The notes under the pieces were generated by a model, which had not been told where the DNA came from, ran no database searches, and was given only the letters and a program-made list of their open reading frames with translations. Below, one piece after another: positions 1 through 13,314 of a stretch of 64,000 nucleotides of DNA. Position numbers and translations under genes: made by a program. How positions within the stretch are numbered: position 1 is the stretch's first letter; each line of letters opens with the position of its first letter. The DNA comes from Octopus sinensis (lineage: Eukaryota): assembly GCF_006345805.1 (NCBI RefSeq), contig NC_043014.1, positions 47,554,001 through 47,618,000 on the forward strand, given 5' to 3'.

Positions 1-792
1 GGCGGTGCTCCAGCATGGCCGCAGTCAAATGACTGAAACAAGTAAAATATTTTTTTTACTTGTTTCAGTCATTCAACTGCAGCCATGCTGGAGCACTGTC
101 CTGAAGGGTTTTCATTGAAGAAATCAACCCCAGTGCTTATTCTATCAGTTTTTTTGCTGAACCACTAAGTTACAGGGATCTAAGCACACCAACACCAGTT
201 GTCAAGCAGTGATGGGGGAACAAACATGCGTACATATTACACACAATGGGTTTCTTTTAGTTTCCATCAACCAAATCCACTTGCAAGGCTTTGGTCAGCC
301 CAAGGCTATAGAAGAAGACACTTGTTCAAGGTACCACACAGTGGGACTGAACCTAGAACCATGTGGTTGGGAAGCAAGCTTCTTATTTTTTTACTGCCCA
401 CAGGGGGCTACACACAAAGGGGACAAACAAGGACAGACAAACGGATTAAGTCGATTATATCGACTCCAGTGCGTAACTGGTACTTATTTAATCGACCCCA
501 AAAGGATGGAAGGCGAAGTCGACCTCGGTGGAATTTGAACTCAGAACATAAAGACAGACGAAATATCACTATGCATTTCGCCCAGCACGCTAACAATTCT
601 GCCAGCTCGCCGCAAGCTTCTTACCACACAGCTACACCTGCATCCATATGTATGTATGTCAATAGTTAACGTGGTTGAAATATTAATAGGGGAGCTGCAC
701 TGGAGTGAGTATGACCAAAGATTGTGGCCAAGATGCTAAAGAATGGAAGGAGTAGTAGAGAGAGAGAGAGAGTGCAATGTTAAGTGACTTAC

Positions 793-938
793 TTTCAAGA
801 GAAATCTGTCTTTCGTTGGTACCTTTAGTATTAGTTGCTTTACACACATAATTTCCGTAATCAACCCTTTCTACTCTTTTGATGATCAGCTTACTGGTGA
901 CACGGTTGAATGCTCCAGAAATGAACATAATTTTATAC
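793..938 (-). CDS. Lachesin-like exon 7: Ig3 C-terminal half
   Basis: atttgacag| (R)YKIMFISGAFNRVTSKLIIKRVERVDYGNYVCKATNTKGTNERQISLE |gtaagt; the next exon lies outside the window. Confidence 0.92.
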
Positions 939-1094
939 CTGTCAAATAACAGTTACTGTACACTATCAACATTGAACATTATTTTACAAAGCAATTATTG
1001 CAAAGGTTTATAGGTTCCCTATTTGACACTTACTGAGACAAACCAGTGTGGATGCATCAGGAGTATTCTTAATAGGGCTGGACATGTGTGGCTG

Positions 1095-2785
1095 CGATCT
1101 CACTTTAGCTGCCTATTTTTCTCAATCACAACATATCTCCAAAGGTCCCGATCTCCTATCATTGCCTCTGTGAGGCCCAATGTTTGAAGGCCATGCTTCA
1201 CCACCTCATCCCATGTCTTCCCGAGTCTACCTCTTCCACAGGTTCTTTCTACAGTTAGGGAGTGGCACTTCTTCACACAGCTGTCTTCATTCATACGTAA
1301 CACATGACTATACCAGCGCAATTGCCTCTCTTGCACACCAACTTTTCTCTCGGGGCACTTACACTCTGTCGTGTATGCACACTGACATTACACATCCAGC
1401 AGATCATACTAACTTCATTTTTTACAAGCCTACGCATGTCCTCGGCATTCATGGCCCATATTTCACATGTGACATGGCAGTATGCACACATGCACCATAC
1501 AGTCTACCTTTCACCTTGAGCAAGAGGCCCTTAGTTGCCAGCAGAGGTAGGAGCTCCCTGAACTTTGCCCAGGATATTCTTACTCTAGTCACTACACTCT
1601 CAGAGCAACTACCCCAACTACAGATTTAGTCACCTAGGTAGCAGAAGCTATTAACTACTTCTAGTTTCTTCCCCTGGCATGTGATGGAATCTGTTTTCTG
1701 TACAACTTCAGTGTTTATTTCCCCAGTGCATCTGCCACACACAAAAACTATTTTCCCACTTAACCTCGCTTTGATATTGCTGCGCCTTTTATGTCTTCAT
1801 AGCTTACACTGGGTACATCATATGGAGTTTCTACCCACACCTTTCTACAGATCAAGCAGGGCCATCTACCTGAGGCAGGTTGTGATTTGACAGCCTTCCT
1901 ACTTACTAAGACTTTGGTTTTGGCTAGGTTAACCCTAAGGCCCTTCAATACTAGATATTGCTTCCACACCCTAAACTTCATCTCCAGTTCTGGTAGTGAC
2001 TTGGCTATTAGAGCAATGTCATCAGCATACAGGAGCTCCTAGGGGCAACCCGTTTTCAATGTCTCTGTTATTGCCTGAATAAGAGGGGGCTGAGGACTGA
2101 TCCTTGGTGAACCCCTACTTCTACTAGAAATTCTTCACTATACTCATTGCCAGCCCTCACCTTACTGACAGTGTACCTGTACAGAGCTTGTACAGCTCTT
2201 ACCAGCTACCTGTCTATCCCCAGTTTCCACATTGACCACCAGATAAGGGATCAGGGGACCCTGTCAAAGGTTTTCTCCAAGTCAACAAAAGCCAAGTACA
2301 AAGGTTTATCTTTGGCTAGGTATTTCTCCTGCAGCTGCCTTACCAGAAATATAGAACAGTGATGCTTCTCCCTGGCACAAAACCAAACTGCATCTCATCT
2401 AAGCTAACTCTCTCCTTAATTAGTTGGGCTATAACTCTTTGTAACTTTCATCACCTGATCCAATAATTTGATACCCCTGTAGTTATTTCTATCTAAAGCA
2501 TCACTTTTCCCCTTGTAGCAGTTGATTATGATGCTGCTACACCAGTCATTGGGTATGACTCCTTCATGAACTAGCTGATTTACGATGCGGGTGACAAGAC
2601 CATAACCCACACTGCCTGATATTTTAAGCACCCCGCCAGTGATTCCTGATGGGCCAGGTGCTTTCCCTGTCTTCATATTCTACATTGCTTTATCTACCTG
2701 GCTACAGTTGATTCGGATAGCTGGTCCCTCAATTGGATCAACCTTTGGCAGACTCTCCTCCTCCCATTCATTCTCCACATTCAGC
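1095..2785 (-). mobile_element. RTE-clade LINE, 5'-truncated, frameshifted RT relic
   Basis: Broken frames read KAPGPSGI..., QFGFVPGRSITDAIFLVRQLQEKY, AFVDLEKTFDRVP, YADD, and the C-terminus RQLRWYSHVLRM...DRDLWRYVVIEKNRQLK*. Confidence 0.9.
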
Positions 2786-3638
2786 AGTCTTTCATAATGG
2801 CTGAATGTGGATCAAACTGACCATTGCCACTTATGGAAAATATATCGATTAAACACAGAGCATAAATTACCATCAGTAATACCTGAAAGATAACATTCTC
2901 TCTTTTACTAGTTTCCGTCATTTGACTGCAGCCATGCTGGAGCACCGCCTTCAGTCGAGCAAATCGACCCCGGGGCTTATTCTTTGTAAGCCCAGTACTT
3001 ATTCTATCAGTCTCTTTTGCCGAACCGCTAAGTGACGGGGACCTAAACACACCAGCATCGGTTGTCAAGCAATGCTAGGGGGACAAACACAGACACACAC
3101 ATACATATATATATACATATATACGACAGGCTTCTTTCAGTTTCCGTCTACCAAATCCCCCTAGCATTGCTTGACAACCAATGCTGGTGTGTTTAGGTCC
3201 CCGTCACTTAGCGGTTCGGCAAAAGAGACCGATAGAATAAGTACTGGGCTTACAAAGAATAAGTCCCGGGGTCGATTTGCTCGACTGAAGGCGGTGCTCC
3301 AGCATGGCTGCAGTCAAATGACTGAAACTAGTAGAAGAGAGAGAAAGAGAAACTGTTATAGAATATGAATTAAACATTAGTAATACATGTCCTTTGCAGG
3401 GGCCAGTGTCACATAAATGCACCCACCACACTGTAAAGTGGTTGGTGTTAAGAAAGGGAATCCAGCCATAGAAACCATGTCACAACAGACAATCAGAGTC
3501 TGGACAGCTTGCCATCTCTGGTCAAACTGTCCAACTCATGCTAGCATGGAAAATGGACATTAAACAGTAATGATGAAGAATACATAGATGCATGGGTCAT
3601 ATTGAACATAAATGAATATTAGTAATAGATAGACATAC

Positions 3639-3792
3639 CGGTCAGAATTTCTGTCTATAGGGGTTCCGATCCTGGTCCAAGTAATTTGTTCTTTGGTAAC
3701 ATCAGGGAAACCTTCAATTAAGCACACCAATTCTGTTTGATAACCAAGCGCCTGTGCAACACGAGCAGTCTCAGGTTCGATTTGGGGAGGAA
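3639..3792 (-). CDS. Lachesin-like exon 6: Ig3 N-terminal half
   Basis: gtttttag| (F)PPQIEPETARVAQALGYQTELVCLIEGFPDVTKEQITWTRIGTPIDRNSD(R) |gtatgt. Confidence 0.92.
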
Positions 3793-5650
3793 CTAAAAAC
3801 AAAATAAAAAATGAGTGATTATTTTATAATTAAGATAAATGATTAACCTAATTAACTCTAGAAAATTTTTTATTGTGAACATCAGAAATAACCCAATGTG
3901 AAGTGGTTATATGGAAGTAAGGGCTGTCACATGTGCAGATGGGAGTCAGGTTGGGGAGTTGCATGTAAAGATAGGAGTTGGGCTGGAGAGTTACAGATGC
4001 AAATGAGAGTCAGGCAGGAGAGTTACCTCAGAGCAACACCTGCATGTTTTTTTGTTTTTTTTTGTTTGTTTGTTCCTTCTCGAGCCAAGCCTGGCTCATA
4101 AGGGCCGGTTTCCCCGATTTCTTGGCATGTAGGTTCCCCACCTGGACGGGACGCTGGTCCGTCACAGGTGAGCTGCAAGATGCAGGAGGAAAAGAGTGAG
4201 AGAAAGTTGTGGCGAAAGAGTCAGCTTGAAGTTCGCTGTTACCTTCTGCCGGAGCCGCATGGAGCTCAGGTGTTTTCACTCATAAACACACACATCACCC
4301 GGTCTGAGATTCGAACCCACGATCCCTCGACCGCGAGTCCGCTGCTCTAACCACTAGGCCATGTGCCTCCACAACAACTGCATGTAATGTACATCATACT
4401 GGAAGTTATACTGAAAAGTTCCCAACTGTTATTCTAATGGTTACAGACACATCACAATTCACTCAGTTAAAATGTACTTACTACAGGTTAAGCCATATGT
4501 CTTTTCAACATGAATCTGACAGCTCATCAGAAGATGCAATTGGCTAAACACTAAAATGGTCAATAGCTTCTTTAGTTGCATAACCAGTAAGTGACATATC
4601 TTACCGTAACAAAAGTCTATAACGTAAAAACACACAATTCTACTGTAGCAGTAAGTAGTCTTTCTTTTACTTGTTGCAGCCATTTCACCGCGGCCATGCT
4701 GGATCACCACCTTCAGCCGAGCAAATCGATCCCAGGACATTCTTCGTAAGCCTAGTACTTATTCTATCGGTCTCTTTTCCTGAACCGCTAACTTACGGGG
4801 ACGTAAACACACCAGCATCAGTTGTCAAGCCATGTTGGAGGGACAAACACAGATACACAAACATGCACCCAAACACACATACATGGGCTTCTTTCAGTTT
4901 CCGTCTGCCAAATCCACTCACAAGGCTTTGATCAGCCCGAGGCTATAGTAGAAGACACTTGCCCAAGGTGCCACGCAGTGGGACTGAACCTGGAACGATG
5001 TGGTTGGTAAGCAAGCTACTTACCACACAAACACATATATGGGTTTCTTTCAGTTTCCATCTGCCAAATCCACTCACAAGGCTTTGATCAGCCTGAGGCT
5101 ATAGTCGAAGACACTTGCCCAAGGTGCCACGCAGTGGCACTGAACCTGGAACGATGTGGTTGGTAAGCAAGCTACTTACCACACAGTCACTCCTGCGCCT
5201 ATGAAGTTTTCTTTAAAAAAGTTGAATAAATATATTTGAGGTGGAGAAAACTTAGATGCATGAGGGAACTTGACACAACCATAAAGCTATACATGCACAA
5301 AGATTCCTACCTCTGCTCTTTTGAACTTGATAGTTTCACCCAATATGCTTATCCTCCCCATTGTATCTCACTCTTTCCCGAGACCTTTGCATTAACCTAC
5401 CTTCCTTCCTTCCATCCCAAATGTCTCGAGGCCCTCCTCAATCTTCTGCCACCCAGACATGGCACACAATACCTCCTCAAGTGCATTAACATCTCCAGTG
5501 TGAGAATGGACCCCTAACCACTTCTTCCTGTCTCACATCTAACCTGCATCACACACAGCTTCAAAAGCCCTACAGTACTCATGGGCACTGCACCTTATCC
5601 CTGGCTAAACCAGATGATAAAATAAAATTTTTAAACAGAAAGATACTCAC

Positions 5651-5762
5651 ATCGCACAAGGAGTGTGATGACTCTCTTATCAACACCAGCCTCATTGACT
5701 GCTTGGCAAATATATTTGCCTCGATCTTTGGGTGTTATCTTGTTAATTGGCAGCAGCGGATT
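5651..5762 (-). CDS. Lachesin-like exon 5: Ig2 C-terminal half
   Basis: ttttcag| NPLLPINKITPKDRGKYICQAVNEAGVDKRVITLLVR(F) |gtgagt. Confidence 0.92.
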
Positions 5763-5814
5763 CTGAAAAAATAAAAAAGAACAATATCAATATCTATATA
5801 TATATATATATATA

Positions 5815-6319
5815 TCTATATATATAAAACTCTAGTTGTGTGAGTGTCTGTCCCCTTCGATTTAGATTCCTAACTCCTCCCACGTTTTGCGGTGCAGTTT
5901 AACCAAATTCGGGTATCTTATAGTCGTGATTCCTATCGAGCCCGTCTGACTATTAGCGCGCGTCAACGATGAGTCTACGATTTTAAAAATAATTTAACAT
6001 CATTTTTTATTCCATTTTAATGCATAAAATGCATCGTGTGTCGATGGCGACGGAGTTGGCGTCCACACTCACAGCTGCACCTGTTTGCTTCTCCCCCTTC
6101 CCTCCCTCGTGAAGCTGTGGGGAAGGGAGTGTAAAGAAATCAACGTCGTAATGCGTTGTGAAGGAAACCAGCGTTCTTTTAGAACAACGACTTCATGGCT
6201 TGAAGACACCAAAACAAAAATGGCTAAGAAAGCCCGAATTTATAAGGGAAGTAACTCTCTAAAAATGCTTATATAGTTATTTCCCTTACAAACCCGAGCA
6301 ACGCCGGGCGATACTGCTA

Positions 6320-6320
<1 letters not shown>
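5815..6320 (+). mobile_element. Non-autonomous Helitron
   Basis: 5' TC(TATATATAAAA); 3' hairpin cccgagcaacgccggg followed by CTAG; inserted between A and T. Confidence 0.8.
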
Positions 6321-6375
<55 letters not shown>

Positions 6376-7121
6376 TATATATAAATGGCAAAATGTGTGT
6401 ATGTGCGTGTGTATCCCTCTCTCTCTTTCGTAGAGGCACTGAGCAGCTATACGCACACATACACACACGGCAGTAACTTCCACCTACCGGATTCAATCAC
6501 AAAGCTTCGGTCGGCCCGGGAGCTATAGTGGAAGACACCTACCCAAAGTGCCACGCAGTGGGACTGAACCTGAAACCGTGTAGCTAGGAAGCAAGCTCCC
6601 TAACCACACAGCCATGCCCGCGCCCTTTATATAAATCCACAATTTTTCAGTTAGAGGGTTCGCACTTTCTATGGTCATTCAAAACCGTCCAAGGGTGGTC
6701 GTGCACATCTTTACATTTCCCCAGTCACCCTGCAAAGCCATTAAAAAATCAATAGAAGTGACTTTTTTGTGAATTTTCTATCCAAAACCCAACCAAAATG
6801 CACAAAACTTGATACGCCAATTGAATGCCAGCTAGCTGTATGTGATTGGTCAGAGACTTGGACAGTACTTGTGTGTATGTGCACATGCACGCAGCTGTAT
6901 ATGCATGCACTAGCACTATGACCCAGCGTTGCCGGGTCATAGTGCTAGTTTTCCCTAAAACAATTTAGTAATTTATTATCCTGTTTTCAGTTATGGCCAC
7001 ACTGGCCCACCATCTTTTCATCGTATAACTGACTATTAAACTTAATACTTTTGTACGTGTATTTCAAAGGGTCAGCCTTGCCATATTGTGTCATGCTGAA
7101 TATCCCCAAGAACTACATTAA

Positions 7122-7332
7122 CCCTTTAGCATTTAAACCGGCCAAAAGTATTCTGCCTGTTTTATGTTCAAACTGACCAGATCTGGTCTCTCACACCAAC
7201 CCTACAATATTGTTTTAAAAATTAACAGCTACCTCATCAAAATCTCACAGCTACAAGATAATGCATGATTAGTTCAAAACAATTTGGATAAAAAAGGATT
7301 AATTTTGGCAGAATAATGTGAACACTAAAGGG
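7122..7332. mobile_element. piggyBac-type MITE
   Basis: TTAA|CCCTTT...AAAGGG|TTAA; inserted into a SINE. Confidence 0.8.
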
Positions 7333-7599
7333 TTAAGGGTACACGTCTGTGGAATGCTCAGCCACTTGCATGTTAATTTCACAAACAGGCTGTTTCCATT
7401 GATCAGATCAAATGAAACCCTTGTCGTCGTAACCGACAGAGTGCCAGAAAAATAGAGAGTACAGATTGTGGTGATGGCCTGTGGATGTTTTAATGACTTT
7501 CCCCCATGTCAGACATACCTGATGATATGATGTGATGTGATGTGATGCTGACTTGAACTCCTTATCTCAGGATAAAAATACATACAGATAGACACTTAC

Positions 7600-7760
7600 C
7601 CATCTCACCATTCCACCGTCTGGTAAATCAGCTCCAGCCATTCGTGACCAGATAACTTTTGGAGGGGGCATTCCTTGGGCATTACAAGATAGGGTCAGTT
7701 TCTCTCCATAATCAATACTGGTGTCACTACTTGTACTCATGTCGAGGATTTGAGGTTTTT
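7600..7760 (-). CDS. Lachesin-like exon 4: Ig2 N-terminal half
   Basis: tatttgtag| (E)KPQILDMSTSSDTSIDYGEKLTLSCNAQGMPPPKVIWSRMAGADLPDGGMVRW |gtaagt. Confidence 0.92.
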
Positions 7761-9173
7761 CTACAAATAGAAAGCATTACCATTATAGCAATCATAATCA
7801 TCGTAATTAAATATCCGCTTTTCATGCTGATATATGTTGGGTGGTTTGACAGGAGCCGACAAAGGGATCTTGTCAAAGGTTTTCTCCAGGTCAAAGAATG
7901 CCAAGTACAGTGGTTTACTCTAAGCTCAATACTTCTACAGTTGTCTGGCTAAGATAGTATTATTAGCACTTCTCCCTGGCATTAAACACCAAACTGCATC
8001 TCATCTTGTCTGATTCTGTGGGGTTATAACTCTCTGCAACTTCAATGATTTGGCCCAGCAAAATGAGAACTCTGTAATTACTTCTATCCTAGGCATCCCA
8101 TGTACCACTGCATGGGTGCTGAGGCCATATTCTACTCCAACAGATATTTTAAGCAAATCATCTGTTCATGCCCTACTTTCCTATGTTAACCTCCCTACAC
8201 CTGGCACAAAGCCCTCAATACTGCAACCACACTCTGAAGGAAGAGGAGTGGCCTTGTCTTGCAAGTTACTTGGTGATACCACTAGTGCTGGTCCCATAAA
8301 AAAAGCACTCAGTACATCCTGTAGAGTGGTTGGCATTAGGAAGGACATCAAACCATTGAAACCTTGCCAAAGCAGACATTAGAGACCAACACAACCCTCA
8401 GGTTGGATGGATCCATCAGACCCATGCCAGCATGTGTGTGACAGAGAGAGTATGTGTGTGTGCGCACGTACATACACACACATCCTTGCTAGCATGGAAA
8501 GCGGACACTAAACGAAGATGATATATTAGTTTGCTTCTCAACTACATGGTCTCAGGTTCAATCCAAATGTGACCCCTTGGAAAAATGTTTTCTACTATAA
8601 CCCTAAATGGACCTAAGCTTTGAGAGTGAATTTGACAGCTCATCATCATCGTTTAACTTCCACTTTCGATGCTGGCATGGGTTGGACGGTTTGACTGAGG
8701 ACTGGCAAACTAGGGGGCTGCACCAGGCTCCAATCTGATCTGGCAGGATTTCTACAGCTGGATGCGCTTCCAACTGCCAACCACTCTGAGAGTGTAGTGG
8801 GTGTTTCTTACAAGCGACCAGTATGGGGGACACTTAGGCGGCACTGGCATCGACCACGCTCGAATGGTGCTTTTTACATGCCACTGGCATGGGAGCCAGT
8901 CAGGCAGCAGAATAATATGTACATGTGTGTGCATGCGCAAGAGTGGTACTGTATGCCAGCTTTGACATTGAGTGGTAGTTATAAGCAGGTGCTACTGTCA
9001 AGCAAGTGGTACCTTTTGTTTCCGATCTTCTATGAAAACATCTGGTCATGTCGACTTGAAACAAGGTGTTGGTGACAAGAAGGGCCTCCAGCTGTAGAAA
9101 TTTCACCTGAACAAATTCCATCCAGCCCATACAAGCACGGAAAAGTGGATAAAACGATGATGATGGTGACACA

Positions 9174-9381
9174 CATGAGGGGGTGCTGAAAAATCCTTGG
9201 CTTTGAGAGTATTGCAAAAGAGCCAACTTTCCAACTTCTTTTATTGGGATTAGAAAAACTGAAGGACCACTGCAATAAGTGTGGGAATCTGATAGAAGAA
9301 TATGTTGAATAAAATTATAATTAAGTGATCCTCCTGCATTTTCTTTTACCCAAAGCCAAGAACTTTTCAGCACCCCTCATG
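9174..9381 (+). mobile_element. Mariner-derived MITE
   Basis: TIRs catgagggggtgctgaaaa.../...ttttcagcacccctcatg; internal GLEKLKDHCNKCGNLIEEYVE* resembles a mariner C-terminus. Confidence 0.7.
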
Positions 9382-9630
9382 TGCACATGTGTGTATATGT
9401 GTATGTGTGTGTGTGTATATATACTCTTTACTCTTTCTCTTTTACTTGTTTCAGTCATTTGACTGCGGCCATGCTGGAGTACCGCCTTTAATCGAGCAAC
9501 TCGACCCCGGAACTTATTCTATTGTAAGCCCAGTACTTATTCAATCGGTCTCTTTTGCCGAACCGCTAAGTGATGGGGACACAAACACACCAGCATCAGT
9601 TGTCAAGCAATGCTAGGGGGACTAACACAG

Positions 9631-9665
<35 letters not shown>

Positions 9666-9830
9666 CGGCGGGCTTCTTTCAGTTTCCATCTACCAAATCC
9701 ACTCACAAGGCTTTGGTCAGCCCAAGGCTATAGTAGAAGACACTTGCCCAAGGTGCCACGCAGTGGGACTGAACCCGGAACCATGTGGTTGGTAAACAAG
9801 CTACTTACCACACAGCCACTCCTGCGCCTG

Positions 9831-9924
<94 letters not shown>

Positions 9925-10124
9925 GCAGCACGGACTTTTGTCAGTGACAGGTTGCGGTCTTAAAGCGACGAAAATATTTTGACAAATTAAACTTAAATGT
10001 TGAAGTGAATCGAACGGCTTTTGTGTGTTTCTTAAATGGCTTACAAACACCTTCCACACTGCAATTGTTTTCGTTTCAGCACACGATCTCAGATCAAATC
10101 ACTTGCTATGCAAGTACATCTCTG

Positions 10125-10162
<38 letters not shown>

Positions 10163-10324
10163 ATACATGTATGTATAAGGAAAAGTATGCAACCATACAA
10201 ACCATACCAAAGCAGACACTGGAGCACAATGCAGTCTTTAAACCCACTAGATCCTGTCAAACCATCCAATACCTGTAGCATGGAACATGGATGCTAAATG
10301 GCGATGATGATGATGATGTGTGTG

Positions 10325-11045
10325 TGTATGTGTAGGTGCCAGGACAGTATAGCAACAAATATCTATGCCTATGCCCCTCAAGCGGGCCTACCAAATCAAC
10401 AGAAGGACCACTTTTATGATATTCTTCTGCAGGATACTTCAAAGACGAGTGACAATGGTCTCTCTCTTCATGGCTGAAGATTTCAATGGGCATGTCGGAT
10501 GGCAGCTTGATATCTTCCATGGCATGCAAGGAGGCCATGGATTTGGCTCCCAAAACGAAGAAGGAACAAGGCTACTGAAGTTCTGTGATGCAAATAACCT
10601 TTTGATCTGCAACACAAACTTCAGGAAGCCAGCCAGCCACCTGATAACCTTCTAACCAGAGGCTGAGTACTTTTCAAGTGTTGGACTTCACAGAGGCAGA
10701 ACAGCTGAGTTCCTTTCAAATGTGGGGCCTCACAGAGGAAATGACCAAGACCTTTGGCATTGTGTCGTGCTTGAGAATAAGACCCATCAAGCCAAGCAAA
10801 ATTGCAGTTGTGGCAGATACCAGTGTCATGCAAATTGGCACCCATGCCAGTGGCATATAAAAGCACCCCACTGCCATGGAAATAGTACCTGTGCCAGTGG
10901 TACTTAAAAGCGCCCATTACACTCTCAGAGTGGCTGGCATTAGGAAGGGCATTCAGCTGTAGAAAACCATGCCAAACCAGACTGGAGTCTGGTGCAGCTT
11001 TCCAACATGCCAGCCTGGTCAAACCATCCAATCTATGATGATGAT
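10325..11045 (+). mobile_element. Internally deleted RTE LINE (APE fragment + ORF end + 3'UTR with (GAT)n tail)
   Basis: APE motifs AYAP, DFNGHVG, NEEGTRLLKFCDANNLLICNTNFRK. These are followed by sequence matching the ORF end of the 1095-2785 element, then the gttggc..aggaagggcatccagctgtagaaa 3'UTR and (GAT)n. Confidence 0.8.
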
Positions 11046-11209
11046 GATGTGTTTTTTTTTTCTTTTTTTTAGACAGTAAAGTATGATTTGAGAGATATGG
11101 GACTGCTATTTGTAGTACACTGAATAACCTCATAATGACTCTGGCTGGCTAAGAATGTGGTTGTTTTTTTGTAGGGGGGGGGGGATGGCGTATACATGCA
11201 TGTACTCAC

Positions 11210-11426
11210 CTACGACCCTCACAATGCGAAAGTCTGAACTATATTGCTTCTCATCTATTTGCACCTTACACACATATTTTCCTTTGTCACTCTCCTGAAT
11301 ATTCTGGATGGTCAGACGCCAGGAGACTGCAGTCACCTGGACGATGATGTATTTCTGGGTGTTTGACGAACTGGTGTCAGTGCCAACATCGTGTTTAACC
11401 GTGCCATCGATGCGACTCCACTTCAC
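11210..11426 (-). CDS. Lachesin-like exon 3: Ig1 C-terminal half
   Basis: tcacag| VKWSRIDG...WRLTIQNIQESDKGKYVCKVQIDEKQYSSDFRIVRVV |gtgagt. Confidence 0.92.
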
Positions 11427-12174
11427 CTGTGAATATCAATCAGTTTTACATTAAATTATACCATTAATCAATAAAGATATTAATGAAGATGATGATGAAG
11501 GATAATGATAGTTATGGCAAGCGAAGTCGATATCGAACCTCATCCGACAACAGGCACCTATGCCTACCCCACTTTGCTTGCGAAGACCTGTTGGGACAAG
11601 TGAAATCGGAATCGAAATTGAACCAATCCTATGACTGGCACCGGCAGATGCCAGGACCCCTGGACTGGAGATACGTAAATGGCACTATCCGAATCGTGGC
11701 CAATGCCAGCGCCGCCTCGACTGGCTTCCGTGTCGGTGGCACGTAAAAAGCACCATCCGAATTGTGGCCGAAGCCAGTGCCGCCTCGACTGGCTTCCGTG
11801 CAGGTGGCACGTAAAATGCACCAATCCGACCGTGGCCGATGCCAGCCTCGCCTGGCACCAGTGCAGGTGGCACGTAAAAAGCACCCACTACACTCACGGA
11901 GTGGTTGGCGTTAGGAAGGGCATCCAGCTGTAGAAACATTGCCAGATAAGACCGGAGCCTGGTGCACGTTAAACGATGATGATGATGATGATGTTGAAGC
12001 TGATGATGATGATAAAAATTGTCTCTCCCGTCTCATTATGTTGTATTTGCCAATGTGTAAGACAAACTCTTGCACAAGACGAATCTCTACATTTTTGTGG
12101 AAAAGCAAATTCAGTACATTTCATCATACACTCGGTATCCTATCCATAATATGGACACATTAGAAGCATACTCT

Positions 12175-12565
12175 TACTCTTTACTCTTACTTGTTTCAGT
12201 CATTTGATTGCGGCCATGCTGGAGCACCGTCTTTAGTCAAGCAAATCGACCCCTGGGACTTATTCTTTGTAAGCCCAGTACTTATTCTATCGGTCTCTTT
12301 TGCCGAACCGCTAAGTGACGGGGACGTAAACACACCAGCATCGGTTGTCAAGCAATGCTAGGGGGACAAAGACAGACACACAAACATATACACATACATA
12401 TATATGACAGGCTTCTTTCAGTTTCCGTCTACCAAATCCACTCACAAGGCATTGGTCGGCCCGGGGCTATAGCAGAAGACACTTGCCCAAGATGCCACGC
12501 AGTGGGACTGAACCTGGAACCATGTGGGTGGTTAGCAAGCTACTTACCACACAGCCACTCCTGCA
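12175..12565 (-). mobile_element. tRNA-derived SINE family A (representative copy)
   Basis: tRNA-like head with A/B boxes (..gctgtgtggtaagtagc..ggttc..gttcagtccca), a CORE-like ttgggcaagtg block and a (AAAGAGT)n tail. Other copies: 56-385, 2906-3156, 3157-3345(+), 4655-5185, 6460-6625, 9425-9830, 17390-17790, 31815-32215, 37915-38050, 43225-43650, 50195-50590, 52195-52600, 53485-53620. Confidence 0.85.
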
Positions 12566-12940
12566 CATATTAATTTTTTTGTTACATTCAAGAAAAAAAA
12601 TAAAGCATGGCTCATACAGTACAGATGTGCTATAGCGAACAACAGCCTAAGTATTTCTATTAAAAATATTTATTGCAATAACAACAATGATGTAAATACA
12701 AAGGCTACAGACAGAATTAATGTCTTAAGTTTTCCAAAGAGCTTTGTGGGGATGAGGTGAACTGGAAGGAAAGGGCAGTGATGTCAATGGCTGAGGGGCC
12801 CTAAAGAAAGAGGAAGGGTGAGTGAGGAAGTGAGGGAAGTAGCACCAGCATGGTCTTCTTTTGCATTGGGAAGCCGCAGGGAAAGAATGTCATGGAGACG
12901 AGTGAGCTGGAAAGGGCTCTAGCAGTAGGTTATGGAAGCA

Positions 12941-13314
12941 CCCCGTCGGTTACGACGATGAGGGTTCCAGTTGATCCGATCAACGGAACAGCCTGCTCGT
13001 GAAATTAACGTGTAAGTGGCTGAGCACTCCACAGACACGTGTACCCTTTACGCAGCTCTCAGGGATATTCAGCGTGACACAGAGAGTGACAAGGCCGGCC
13101 CTTTGAAATACAGGTACAACAGAAACAGGAAGTAAGAGTGAGAGAAAGTTGTGGTGAAAGAGTACAGCAGGGATCACCACCATCCCTGCCGGAGCCTCGT
13201 GGAGCTTTTAGGTGTTTTCGCTCAATAAACACTCACAACGCCCGGTCTGGGAATCGAAACCGCGATCCTACGACCGCGAGTCCGCTGCCCTAACCACTGG
13301 GCCATTGCGCCTCA
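12941..13314 (-). mobile_element. tRNA-derived SINE family C (representative copy)
   Basis: Head aggcgcaatggcccagtggttagggcagcggactcgcggtcg..ggtttcgattccc. Other copies: 7045-7445(+), 35255-35508, 36274-36650(+), 44925-45090, 49612-49980. A sister family lies at 4070-4370 and 59440-59772. Confidence 0.82.
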
